Below, piece by piece: positions 12,113 to 25,950 of a stretch of 64,000 bases of DNA (the stretch's first letter is position 1; every line of letters starts with the position of its first letter). The notes beneath the pieces were generated by a model. It was not told the origin of the DNA. It made no database searches and saw only the letters and a list, made by a program, of their open reading frames with translations. This DNA comes from Octopus bimaculoides (lineage: Eukaryota), in NCBI RefSeq assembly GCF_001194135.2, contig NC_068985.1, positions 106,880,191 to 106,944,190 of the forward strand, given 5' to 3'. A program made the position numbers and the translations under genes.

Positions 12113-15100
12113 TGTATAGTGATGTTGCTTGTTTCCAGTTTTCCATGAAAAACTTGTCTGGCTATGGTTAAATGTTACCTTACTTTGAAACAGATGAATG
12201 TTGGTGTCAGGAGGAGCATCTGGCTATAGAAAAATCTACCTCAATAAATTCCATTTTAGCATAAGAAAGTAGATGTTAAATGATGACAATGATGATGAAG
12301 GTGACAACAAAACACTCATCACACTCTGCTAAATGTTTGGCATTAGGAAGGGCATTCAGCCATAAAAACCATGTCAAAACAGACAATTGGAGTCTGGACA
12401 GCTCCCTGCTAGCCATCTCCATGTCAAACCATCCAACCCATGCCAGCATGGAAAGCAGATGTTAAATGATGATGACGATGATGAGTTTCAAGATAATACC
12501 GTACACAGTTATTAATGTTTATTACACAGTATTGATGATGAATGGACAGAAACGTCAGCCAAGTATTCAGGAGTTGAAGTCTCTGACTTAGAAGTTGTGT
12601 GTGTGAAGAGTTAGTGACATCTTGTGACCTAGTGGTTAGGGTGTTGCACTCACAATCTTGCAGTAGTGATTTCAAATCCCACATTGGCTGTGCGTAGTGT
12701 TTTTGAGTAAAGCACTGCATTTCATATGACTCCAACCCACTCAGCTATAAATAGGTAATCCTGTGACAAATTGGTGTACAAGGGTGAAATGGAGACTCAG
12801 GAAAATCACCCAAACAGAGGACTCATGAGTCACATTTTGTATTCAGTGTTCAAAAGGGTGAGTAGTACAACCCATAAACCTATACTGTGAATCTCAACTG
12901 GTTGGGATTGACCATTCAACTGCATTGAAGAATATTTGTCTGTCTATCTGAAGAGTTACTGTTAATAGAGTGTGTTTAAAGCCTGCCAAAAAATTTTATG
13001 ATTTTTCATTTAATAAATGTGTTCTTTAAAGATAAAAGAAACTAGCATGATTAAAACAAATAAAACGGTTTATTATATATTTAAACAAAACCATGTCTCC
13101 AGTGATGTGTGAGGCAAAGTAGATGGTAATCCAGGTTTTATGTTTTAGGATAATAAACCCAAGGGATAACAGAGGGTCTTCAAGGTTGAGTGAAATGACC
13201 TTTTGATGGCCTTTTAATCTCTTAATTTTAGCTTTAAGTATCTCTAAGAAAATGTAATATTACATGTTTATATGCAAAAGCTTAAAAGAGTTCATGGACC
13301 TCACATTATAATATTAATCAAATTCTGATAACTTTGCTTGCTTTTGATGGAGATCTAAATCAAAGGTTTTCCCTAAATTATATGTAGGCAGCCTTATTTA
13401 TATATTGACAGTTTCACATTCTAAAGTTATGAGGATCTACAAATATTTGTACCCAACCCATGCCAATGGACATTAAATGATGATGATGATGATGTGATGA
13501 GATGGAAAAAAATTTAACAACTATTCATCGGGTTCTTACTTATTCATATATCTATTACCACCAGATTCACATTCAGCAATAAAATAGCAATCTTTCAGAA
13601 ATGTTGGCAATATTGAATTTTAGTATACCAAATTAATCGTGAAATATTTTCATCATTGGCTACTTTTGTTCTTCAAATTCTTTCCTTAAGAATACACTTA
13701 ACCTTCTTTAGTTATAAAAATACAGAAGAGTGTTGATTTTTCTTTGTCTACTTTATAGTGATGAATATATTTGAAACTAAATTTTAAAATAATCTATATA
13801 GTGTACAGTAAATCAATGATTTAAATAAACAAGTAAAGAACATTGTTTATAGGAATGGCTGTATTGTTAAGAAGTTTGCTTTGTAACCATTTGGTTTCAA
13901 ATTCAGTCCCACAGTAACACCTTGGGCAAGTGTCTTCTACTATAGCCCCAGGCCATCCAATGCCTTGTGAGTGAATTTGGTAGATAGAAACTGTGAACAC
14001 CTCTGTGTGTATGTGTATCTTTGTGTCTGTATTTGTCCTTGACACCCACGTCTTGACAACTGGTATTGGCTTGTTAACATCCTTATAGCTTAGCTGTTTT
14101 GCAAAAGATAAGATATGATAAGTGCCAGATTTAAAAATTACTGCAGTTGATTTATTTGAGTCCAATGAATGAAACAAGTAAAAGATAAAAGATATAGCAA
14201 TAAGAATATTTTCAAATGTTTCATCACCAACAATCTCATGTGTCATATGTGATATCACATTGTCTCTACTCAAATTCTTTTGAATAACTGTCAAATAGTT
14301 CTCCTGCTTCAGTTTTTATTGGCATGAAACCAGAAGGTCTCAATACATGCAAGCTAGCAGGAGTGGCAAAATACCTGCTGTTGCTCATAAAATATTGGCC
14401 TGATATTTGTGAAAATAATTATATATATTTATATTTTAAGATGGTTAATATTCAACAATAATGGTAATGTTTAAAGAACAAAAATATTCAATCATGAGAA
14501 AATTTCTCAATTAATTTGGCATGTTAATCTCCAATATTGTTGAAATTTTGACTAAATTCAAATTCAGTAATAATGAATTATTAACCTTTTAATTGCAAAA
14601 TTAAATTTCATGGTTATTTCTGAAATGATGTTAAATATCTACCAAAAATAGAATTGGTATTTTTTGCAAGTTATGTTATCTCAATAAAACTCGACATATC
14701 TCAGCAAAAAATAGTTCAAACATGATATTCCTCAACAAAATAGAGATTGGTATATTAACAATATGTCTAACTTTGAAGAAGTGAAATCAATCTGAATAAC
14801 CAGTGTTTGGTTGTTTGCTGATATCATTTGAAGCATGTTGTATCTTTACACAAACGGTGTACAAGGCAGTAGGACCAAACTCAAGACCAAACATTTGGGG
14901 ACCAAGCTTCTTACCACCTGGCCATACCAGTGCCTGTTATATTTTTAAAAAACGTAGTCATTGATAAATTTTACTTCACAGCTGAAATATCTTTCATCAT
15001 GTATCTGCTTGGTAAAATTTTATTCAAGAATAAGTAATAACAACATCAATACCACCAACAGTCAGTGTTTGTGGTGTAGCAGTCAGTATGGCTGCTTTGT

Positions 15101-15129
15101 AAGCCGTCAGACAAAGTTTCTAGTTTTTC

Positions 15130-15545
15130 AAGTTATTCAAGGGAATTTTACATGGTCAAGGACACGAAACTCAGCTTGCGAAGACTTATTGAGGCAAGCG
15201 AAATCGGGATGGCACCTGTGCCCAGCGTCGCATTTCTGGAACTTGTGCCCGTGACATGTGTAAGGATTTTTGAGCAAGATCGTTGCCAGTGCCCCTGGAC
15301 TGGCTCTTGTGTGGGTGGCACATAAAATACACCATTTCGAGCGTGGCCGTTTTCGTGCGGGTGACACATAAAAGCACCCACTACACTCTCTGAGTGGTTG
15401 GCGTTAGGAAGGGCATCCTGCTGTAGAAACTCTGCCAAATCAGATTGGAGCCTGGTGTAGCCATCTGGTTTCACCAGTCCTTAGTCAAATCATCCAACCC
15501 ATGCTAACATGGAAAGCGGACGTTAAACGATGATGATGATGATGA
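15130..15545 (+). mobile_element. RTE-LINE 3' end or partner SINE with (GAT)n tail, young copy
   Basis: Ends ccatgctaacatggaaagcggacgttaaacgatgatgatg. The same 3' end follows RTE coding sequence at 52215-52920. Other copies at about 12330, 18950, 27140, 32820, 49200 and 58440. Confidence 0.75.
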
Positions 15546-16391
15546 CTGAACTACTGGAAATAGAAACTGAATCTCTCCCAGATCATACCCAAGTGTCATA
15601 TAAAAGAAAGATACAGGTTAATGTAGTATTTATTGTAAACATGTAGTGTAGGCTTTCAAATATTGTTACTATTTTGCCAAATCCTGTTGCATTTCACATG
15701 GAATTTTTGGTCTTCCAAATCCATCTTGGTGTGTAAGTCAACCTACCTTTTTTAGCTGTAAATTTTGGTCTGAAAAATTCGACTTGCCAGAAACTATGGT
15801 AATGTATTTCTTGATATAAGGTGTCTGAGAAGTAAGATAGGCTGGTCATGGTCGGAAGACATTCGGTCTTTGCTCTGCTTAATCAGTCAACAATAACAAC
15901 AACACATACATTATCATCACCAGCAAAGTTTCAAAGGTACCTAATTTGCCCAACAGAAATTAACCACAATGCCACAGTACAAACATTACATTAAATGGAT
16001 TACTTATCAGCACAATAAACTACAAAGAACATATAACAGTGAAATTATTGTAATTACAGTTTGCATGCAGATGACATTTACCAATCACCTACATAAGACA
16101 AAATGTACAAAAATGAAATGCTAGATGTTGATGTTGCAACAAGTTCCAGTCCTCACTGACCCTGCCATTATAGGTACAATCACTTCCAGATACAGTAAAC
16201 TCCCACTCATCCCATGCTCAAATAACCAAAACTCCCAAGCAACCAGTTGTTAATTAGAGTCAAGAGAAATCATGCTAATTATGTAAATTAAAAGAAGGTC
16301 TTTACTGAATTTAAAATGGATCATAGCCTTTCAAAAGACAGTAGAGTGTTTTATTTTATTACATTTATAGTACCTTTATTTTATTAGATAT

Positions 16392-16640
16392 AAAGAGAGA
16401 TAACAAAGGAATAAATGATTATCTTAGAACTTCATTAGCTTATAGCTGTTTCTGCTATAAGATGCAGTGGACTTGTAGCTGAGTGCATGAGTAACACCTT
16501 ATAACTTCACTGGATGCTCCAATGAAGCTATAGAGTGTTATTCATGCTCCCTATTATGAGTCCATTGCATCTTATAGCAGAAACAACTGTAAGCTAATGA
16601 AGTTCTAAGATAAACATTTATTCCTTTGTCATCTCCTTTT
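16392..16640. mobile_element. Fold-back MITE with about 80-bp terminal inverted repeats
   Basis: ...ttatcttagaacttcattagcttatagctgtttctgctataagatgcagtggact pairs with agtccattgcatcttatagcagaaacaactgtaagctaatgaagttctaagataa...; possible TA flanks. Confidence 0.8.
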
Positions 16641-16829
16641 TATTAGATAGACAAAACTTGGACCTTACTTACATTATATTTTTATTTCTGCTTATTTCTC
16701 TCACTTTTACTATATTTAGAATACTAGTGATGTGTTTTATGATATCCCCACTAGCTAGAGGCATGATATGTTTAGAGCAATGAACTTGTGATTCTCCTCA
16801 TTATTCGACTGACTTTCTGTATACTATAG

Positions 16830-16990
16830 CAGTGCTCCACAACCTTTTTTCACTTGCAGTACACTTATATTCTTTCCAAAATTCGGCGGCACACCTGAGC
16901 TAAAAATATAACTAAAAGTATAGGAAAAAAAAGTTATATTCACGTTACACTGCGGCACACCTAGCATTGTCTTGTGGCACACCAGTGGGC
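16830..16990 (+). mobile_element. hAT-type MITE fragment (left end)
   Basis: Starts CAGTGCTCCACAACCTTTTT, resembling hAT-Charlie TIRs, with three (g/t)ggcacacc subterminal motifs. Confidence 0.55.
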
Positions 16991-19900
16991 TGCAGCTGGA
17001 TCAAGGCTGGCATGAGGTAACACAATATTATTCCTGACATACGTCACTACTACCACACACACACCACCACCGCTATTGCTGCTGCCACCACCACCACCAC
17101 CACCACCACCACCACTACCACTGTTGCTGCCACCTTCACTACCACACACCACCATGATTGCTACCACCACCACCTATGACTAGGTAATGAAAAAGCCCCT
17201 ACAAGGTCAATAAAACAGCTAGAAATAGCAACCAGCTATCCCTCAAATCGCTCACTATCATCTTAGGAAATGACACATTTTGGACAATGTAGTCTCGGAT
17301 TCTCTGTACATAGGAAAATGATGAGGAGGTCACAGATGGGTTGCATTTTTATAATAAATCTACTCAATCTGAGCTAATCTAAGGCTCAACAGCACCTACC
17401 CCATTATATTCCCATTTACAAATGTACCCAAAATATGTATAGGTTCAATATTTCGTAAATTTCATTAATTATCATAAAAAGAAAAGCTATAAATTATATT
17501 TATTTATTTATTTTGCTTATATTTTAGACATTTTATTGTTTTACCTACATTTTATTGCAGATTATTCTATATTGATCATTATTGATCTATATTGATTGTA
17601 GTTTTTGTTGTTGTACAGTGATGACACAAGTGTCATGGGTGTGGCCCAATGCTGCCACCAACCAACAACGCCATCGCCCCTCACCACCCTTATTAGTACT
17701 GCACCACAACCACAACTACAACTAGTGCATCATCACCACCACCACCACCACCACTACCACCACAAAATTGTCATCAACCTCCACCATCACCAGTGCATCA
17801 CTAAGACTGATATCACTGCTACTACAATCAGCACATCACCAACATCACCACCACAACCATAATAACATCATTGCTACCATCGTCACCACCACCACCACCA
17901 CCACCACAACCACNNNNNNNNNNNNNNNNNNNNNNNNNNNNNNNNNNNNNNNNNNNNNNNNNNNNNNNNNNNNNNNNNNNNNNNNNNNNNNNNNNNNNNN
18001 NNNNNNNNNNNNNNNNNNNNNNNNNNNNNNNNNNNNNNNNNNNNNNNNNNNNNNNNNNNNNNNNNNNNNNNNNNNNNNNNNNNNNNNNNNNNNNNNNNNN
18101 NNNNNNNNNNNNNNNNNNNNNNNNNNNNNNNNNNNNNNNNNNNNNNNNNNNNNNNNNNNNNNNNNNNNNNNNNNNNNNNNNNNNNNNNNNNNNNNNNNNN
18201 NNNNNNNNNNNNNNNNNNNNNNNNNNNNNNNNNNNNNNNNNNNNNNNNNNNNNNNNNNNNNNNNNNNNNNNNNNNNNNNNNNNNNNNNNNNNNNNNNNNN
18301 NNNNNNNNNNNNNNNNNNNNNNNNNNNNNNNNNNNNNNNNNNNNNNNNNNNNNNNNNNNNNNNNNNNNNNNNNNNNNNNNNNNNNNNNNNNNNNNNNNNN
18401 NNNNNNNNNNNNNNNNNNNNNNNNNNNNNNNNNNNNNNNNNNNNNNNNNNNCCACCACCACCACCACCAACACCACCACCAACAACAACAACAACAACAA
18501 CACCATCACCACTGCCATATTACTAACACAAACATCAACACAGCTACCTCCAATACAACAACACTAACATCATGACCACTACCACCACAACAATACTGTC
18601 ATGATCACCATCAGCATCACTACAATATGCTAGAAAGCAATCCTTTATATGGCTGCTCATGCTTTGAGAAATAACTAAATCTTCTTCAGACGACATTTCT
18701 ACCAATTAAAATGGACACACTGGATAATATTGTCTGGATATACTATTCCTGAAAATAAGACATGATGGTCCTGGCTTGAATGTCTTTGTTCAAAAATCTA
18801 CCCAACCAGGGCTGACTTGTGGTTAAACAAACACCACCACCATTTGCATCACCTTATTGATGAACATGGAACTTCACAAGCCAATGAAAGAGCCATACTT
18901 GTATGTCTGTATGTATATATAATATATCATCATCATCATCATCATCATCGTTTACACTCTCGGAGTGGTTGGTGTTAGGAAGGGCATCCAGCTGTAGAAA
19001 CTCTGCCACATCAGATTGGAGCCTGGTGTAGCCATCTGGTTCACCAGTCCTCAGTCAAATCGTCCAGCCCATGCTAGCATGGAAGGCGGACGTTAAACGA
19101 TGATGATGATGATGATATATATATATATATTAATTATATATATTATATACATGTGTGCGTATGTATGTATGTATGTATGTATGTGTGCATATGTGTGTGT
19201 GTTTGTACCTCCTTGTCTTTCGGACCCATGCAAGCCTTGGGATAGGTTAGTGTATGAACATTATCATCATCATTTTGATCTTCACTTTTCCATGTTTGAA
19301 TGGGTCAGGTGGAATTCATTAAGGCAGACATATTTCTACTGCCATTTGTCTTCCCAGTTAACCTTCACATGTTTCCAAGTAAGGTAGTATTTCCTCATCA
19401 CCAGACATACTTACATGGCAGATTGGAAGCGAGAGACTTTGCTTGTATGGTAGTGCTGCTTCTTTATAACTATCCATGATTTCAAGACAAGGAAACACAC
19501 ACACACGCGCGCGCGCATAAACACACATGTGCAAGCACACAAACATACAGACATAAACACACACACACACACATACATGCACAAACACACACATGCAAAC
19601 ACACGCGCACACACAAACACACATATGCAAACATACACAGACATACACAAACGAGCACATATATGACAAGCTTTCAGTTTCCCCTCCATCAAATCCATCC
19701 AAAAGGCTTTGGTCAGCCCAAAGACACTTGACCAAGGTGCCATGCAGAGGGATTGAACCCCAAACTATATTGTTGGGAAACAACCTTCTTAACCACAGAA
19801 GTTTTTTGTTAAATTATTTCATTGTACTCTTGCAATCTCTTCAGTAACTTGTCTCTCCACTTCCATTTATATATATATATATATANNNNNNNNNNNNNNN

Positions 19901-20685
19901 NNNNNNNNNNNNNNNNNNNNNNNNNNNNNNNNNNNNNNNNNNNNNNNNNNNNNNNNNNNNNNNNNNNNNNNNNNNNNNNNNNNNNNNNNNNNNNNNNNNN
20001 NNNNNNNNNNNNNNNNNNNNNNNNNNNNNNNNNNNNNNNNNNNNNNNNNNNNNNNNNNNNNNNNNNNNNNNNNNNNNNNNNNNNNNNNNNNNNNNNNNNN
20101 NNNNNNNNNNNNNNNNNNNNNNNNNNNNNNNNNNNNNNNNNNNNNNNNNNNNNNNNNNNNNNNNNNNNNNNNNNNNNNNNNNNNNNNNNNNNNNNNNNNN
20201 NNNNNNNNNNNNNNNNNNNNNNNNNNNNNNNNNNNNNNNNNNNNNNNNNNNNNNNNNNNNNNNNNNNNNNNNNNNNNNNNNNNNNNNNNNNNNNNNNNNN
20301 NNNNNNNNNNNNNNNNNNNNNNNNNNNNNNNNNNNNNNNNNNNNNNNNNNNNNNNNNNNNNNNNNNNNNNNNNNNNNNNNNNNNNNNNNNNNNNNNNNNN
20401 NNNNNNNNNNNNNNNNNNNNNNNNNNNNNNNNNNNNNNNNNNNNNNNNNNNNNNNNNNNNNNNNNNNNNNNNNNNNNNNNNNNNNNNNNNNNNNNNNNNN
20501 NNNNNNNNNNNNNNNNNNNNNNNNNNNNNNNNNNNNNNNNNNNNNNNNNNNNNNNNNNNNNNNNNNNNNNNNNNNNNNNNNNNNNNNNNNNNNNNNNNNN
20601 NNNNNNNNNNNNNNNNNNNNNNNNNNNNNNNNNNNNNNNNNNNNNNNNNNNNNNNNNNNNNNNNNNNNNNNNNNNNNNNNNNNNN

Positions 20686-20725
<40 letters not shown>

Positions 20726-21319
20726 CCAGTCATCAAAATTTATGACACTGAGCCTATGTTACGCATCTGCAGTTTTACCTATCATCTGTGTTTTTAGAGA
20801 AACAGCAATATTAAAGGGAGAATTCAGCACCTTAGCCTCATCACATAGCTTCTTCATTACCCTACATCTTCTATGACTTATGACTGATCTTACTGTCTCT
20901 TGCTTATATAATAGCTTGTACAAGTGACATAGTGCAGCTGTGCACTGGTGCATCACTCAGAGCTTGCTTCACTCTATTACTCTATCTCCATTACTCTCTT
21001 TCTCTCTGCCTGTCTCTCTCTTCTCTCTTTCACTCATGTCGTCTCTGTCATGTTTTCTTTCTTCCTCTTTTTTTCTTTCTCTCCTTCTCTTTTAGTCTTT
21101 TTCTTTCTCTCTTTCATTCTGACTTTCACTCACTGCATACTTGTATATCTATTTATATATATATATATAACTCTCTCTCCCTATATATACATACATACAT
21201 ACATACATGTATATATCCACCTATCCAATATGACTGTCTCTCCATCTACCTATCTACCTGGCTGCCTATTTATCTCATCAACCTTCATTTCCTCTCAATC
21301 ACATTCTCCACTATCTCCA

Positions 21320-21800
21320 TAGCTTCGCCCTTTCTTTCTTTCTTCCTTTCTTTCTTTCTTTCTTTCTTTCATTCTTTCTTTCTTTCTTTCTTTCTTTCTG
21401 TCTCTTTCTTTCTTTCTCTCTCCCTCTCTCTGTACCCAACCATCTTCCAATCTATCTATCTGTCTCTCTATCCATCTGTCTGTCTGTCTGTCCGTCTATT
21501 TGCCCATCTTTTCTTTCATCTGCCTGTCTGTCCGTCCATCCATCCATCCATCCATCTGTCCGTCCATCCACCCATCCACCCATCCATCCATTCATCCATC
21601 CATCTGTCTGTGTGTCCATCTGTATGTCCATTCATCCATCCATCTGTCTGTGTGTCCATCTATCCATCTGTATGTCCATCCATCCATCCACCAATCCATC
21701 AATCCATCAATTCATGTATGTATGTATGTATGTACGTATGTACATATGCATGTATGTATGTTTATATTCCTCTATCCATCTATTTACCTACCTATCTCAC
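21320..21800. repeat. Compound tetranucleotide microsatellite (TTTC)n/(TCCA)n/(TCTG)n/(TATG)n
   Basis: Direct reading; explains the spurious 317-aa ORF at 20932-21885. Confidence 0.9.
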
Positions 21801-22581
21801 AGTCTGTCTCCCACCTCTGTCACAACACAGTCTGCCATTTCTCATTGACTTCTCACAGAATGGAATTCTGGGATATTCTCAATAGCTTCATGTTAAACAG
21901 TTGCCATCATTGTACAGTGTCATATTGTACTGTACTATACACAACACACACAGGCATGTAAACACACACACACACACACACACACACAGATGCACGCATG
22001 CATAACGCATAAATGCACGCACACACACACACACACACACACATGCATATGCACACACACATTCACATACTCATAGACATATAATACACACACATGCCTG
22101 AAAGTAACTGGATCCTCCATTGGTGTTAACAATGAATATTCCAATTATCTGATTAACTAAACTGTCTACTCATTGAATTGGAGTGTGAGTGGCAGAGTGT
22201 TTCACATAACACTTGTAACACTGGATGTAATCTTCCAGCAAAAAATCTACCTGATTTCTCTCATAAGTCTTTGATCAACCCAAAGCTATGTTATAAGATG
22301 CTTGCCCAAAATGTCAGGCAGTGGATTGCAGCCAGGACCTAGTATTTGCAAACTGAACATTCTGAACCACTTGGCAACATTACAAAAGACACATGCATGC
22401 ATGCACACACGCACGCACACACACATGCGCACGCATAAACCACACACACACACATACACCACACACACACACACACACACATAAATATGTACATATATAT
22501 ATATGTATATGAGAGATATATATATATATACATACACAAACATGCATGTGCACATACTCATGCATGCACATGCACGCACAC

Positions 22582-22612
<31 letters not shown>

Positions 22613-22663
22613 TAAACCACACACACACACACATAAATATGTACATATATATATGTATGTATA

Positions 22664-22706
<43 letters not shown>

Positions 22707-23213
22707 CACATACATGCATGTGCACACACTCATGCATGCACACACATGCACGCACGCACGCACACACGCACACACACACACACACACATGTACATACACA
22801 TGAGATGCGGTCATAGCTGTGTGGTAAGAAGTTTGCTTCTCAACAATCTTGTCTTGTGTTCAGTTCCACTGCATGGCACCTTGGGCAAGTGTGTTCCACT
22901 ATAACCCCGGGCTGACCAAGGCCTTATGAGTGGGTTTAGTAGACAGAAACTGAAAGAAGCCCATTGTGTGTCTATATTTGCGTGAGTGTGTGTGTGTGTG
23001 TGTGTGCGTGTATATAAATATATGTGTGTGTGTGTGTGGCAATAGTGACATCACAATTCATTTCTATAGTGAGTGAAATGGAGCAATATGAAATAAAGAG
23101 TCTTGCTCAAGAACACAACACACAACCCAGTCTGGAGATAGAATTCACAAAACTTCACACACACACACACTCACAAACACACACACACACAAGCGCACAC
23201 ACACATACATATA

Positions 23214-24054
23214 CAGGGTGCGATGGATAAATTGTTGCCATTTTATATTTTTAATTTCACATGTGTATTGTTTGTTTTTGCTTTTGTCAGTTACACAGCA
23301 TAGTAGGGTCAGTTGGGCACCATCTTTGAGAAAAACAGCAGGATGATGCAATTCATTCTGCCAGAAATTTGGAAACGACATGCTGTATTGCTTGGTATTT
23401 GCACTGAAAGCTCCAATACGAATATTTCAGAGTGTTTGGGTATCAATCTGAGGACATGTACCAAGAGTGATAAAAATCAAACATCCAGTTAACATGATGG
23501 TGTTTGGAGTGATCACTAGTGATGACGATGTTATGCCTCCATTCATCTTCCCACATGGCTTCAGACTCGACACAGAAGCCTACATCAAGTGCCTGGAGGA
23601 GGTAGTGCTGTCCTGGGTGAAGAGGGTGGCTGCTGGAAGACCCTGTGTCTAGCAACAGGACTCTGTTCCATGCCACACAAGCAGGAGAACCCAGTCATGG
23701 CTGTCAGACAATTTCCACAACCACTCCACCCCTAACATCTGGCCACCTAACTCCCCAGGTTGCAACCCCCTTGATTATTACAAAACTCCTTGTAACACCA
23801 AAGTTGAAATGAAGGCAAGGATTATGGCAGCATTCACCAACTTAAACAAGGAGACTATCCAGAAGAGTTGCAGAAGATTCCAAAGTCGTCTGGGGGCCTT
23901 GGTTGAAGCCAACAGCGATTTTATTGAATAAATTTACTCTTTAGTATTTCAGGATTTTTATATGTAATTTTAGTAAATATATCTGTTAAAATGAGATGTC
24001 AATGTTATTTTCATTTTTGTGTAATTTAGATGACAATTTATTCATTGCACCCTG
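23214..24054 (+). mobile_element. Tc1-like non-autonomous element with intact ends, copy 2
   Basis: TA|CAGGGTGCGATGGATAAATTGTTG ... GACAATTTATTCATTGCACCCTG|TA (TIR plus TA TSD). Internal MVFGVITSDDDVMPPFIFP...QQDSVPCHTS...WPPNSPGCNPLDY transposase remnant with stops. Confidence 0.9.
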
Positions 24055-25688
24055 TACATATTTGTGTCAGTTGTTAGCTGCCAGCAACTGACATCCCTCA
24101 AATATTCCATGCTTCCCAAAAGTTGCTGACACTATTGATGGTTCTTTTATTGATTTCCTTTTCTGTCTTCCTGTTTTTTTTTATTATGTGTAATGCACAT
24201 GCACTTTGTCATGAAAGACCTTTCTTTATTTGACATATTGCTGATTTTCATTCCTTCTTTTGCCTTTTCAAACAAGTTGTAATGCACTAGATTCTTATGT
24301 ACAGTGAGTTTGAAATTATTATTATCATCACAATCGTAATCATCATCTCCATCATTATCATTGTCATCATCACCAATTGATGTCTTGTTGTCTTGTGCAC
24401 AATTGGTAGTTGGTAAACTGAAACTCTAAGCCCATCACATATATATATATATATATATATANNNNNNNNNNNNNNNNNNNNNNNNNNNNNNNNNNNNNNN
24501 NNNNNNNNNNNNNNNNNNNNNNNNNNNNNNNNNNNNNNNNNNNNNNNNNNNNNNNNNNNATATATATAAGCAGACATTGAAGCACAATGCAGTCTTCAGA
24601 CTTACTGGATCCTTTCAATCTGTTGACTATGTCAGCATGGAACATGGACATTTAATGATTATGATGATAAGTTCGTATGTATGTATGTATGTATGTATGT
24701 ATACACAGCAGTTTTTTTTTTCAGTTTCTGTATACCAAATCCACTCACAAGGCTTTGGTCAGTCCAAGGCTATAGTAGAAAACACTTGGCCAAGTTGCCA
24801 CACAATGGGACTGAATCCATAACCATGTGGTTGGGAAGCAAACTTCTTAGCACACATCCACACATACACATACATACACACATACGCATGCACGCTTACA
24901 TACATAAACATACAAAAAAATACACGCACATGTGTGTGTGTGTGTGTGTTTGCCTCTGATACCCAAAAATACTGTTGCCAAAACAGGCTGAATGATAAGG
25001 TTATAAAAAATAACATCAACTCTATTTTGTTGAATGAGAATCTAATGGGAATTATTTTGTTGAATGAGAATTCTAATGGAAAGATGTGAGGTCCTGGATT
25101 ATGATCATAATGGTTTAATATTGGTAGTGAAGAAGATTTATTGCCTTTTAGTTCACCATACTGGTATACATAACAGACATTAGTAGTAAGTAAAAAAAAC
25201 TAGCAAGAGGCAAGCATACATTTAAGTAATCCACTTTGTCCCATGGATCCAATACATTGACATGTGAGCTTCATATTACAGTTATTGAAAAATGGCAAAT
25301 ACAAGCATGGAAGCATAGGCATAGAAGCAGTGTCAGATGATATCAAATTTGATGTGTATATATTTATGTATGTTGATGTATCTGTGTTCATGTGTGTGTA
25401 CACCGATATCTTTGTGTGTGTGTGTGTGTGTGTGTGCATACATATAAAAAAGAGGTATATAGCTATTTTTTTGCCTATGTACATGTCGGTCAGTCCATCT
25501 GGCTGTCTATCTCTTCAACAACAAGCAGGTGTATTAGTTTGATGCTCAGGAAGGTGAGAAGGTCTTTTAAGTTTTGAGCCTACACTCTTCAACAGAAAAG
25601 AACACGAGGAAATAAACAGGGAGAGAATAAAAATAAAAAAAACTTGTGGATTTAGCAGTCAATCATGGCAAAGAATATATTAATTAAT

Positions 25689-25950
25689 GAAATTCCAACT
25701 TGGTCTGATTTTTAAGTTTTATTATTTGCAATTTTTACAATTTTACAATATTGAAATAAACTAATGCTTTCATGCCTTATGCCATCATCAGGTTTATGTA
25801 GTGATAGTTGTCAGTTGTGGAACACAACTGTCACTACATAAACCTGATGATTGCATAATGCATGAAAGTACTAGTTTATTTCAATATTTATAAAATTGTA
25901 AAAATTGCAAATAATAGAACATGAAAATCAGACTAAGTTGGAATTCTATT
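25689..25950. repeat. Long palindrome (fold-back element), about 130-bp arms
   Basis: gaaattccaacttggtctgattt...catcaggtttatgtagtga pairs with tcactacataaacctgatga...aatcagactaagttggaattc; the right end abuts an N gap. Confidence 0.85.

Noticed and set aside
17768-20745. ORFs of 200-300 aa spanning N runs
   Set aside because: Artefacts of assembly gaps translated as X.
20932-21961. 317-aa and overlapping ORFs
   Set aside because: Produced by stop-free tetranucleotide microsatellites.
22390-22790. ~185-bp tandem duplication of a compound CA/TA microsatellite
   Set aside because: Ordinary slippage or duplication in simple repeats; no spacer-repeat (CRISPR-like) structure anywhere in the window.
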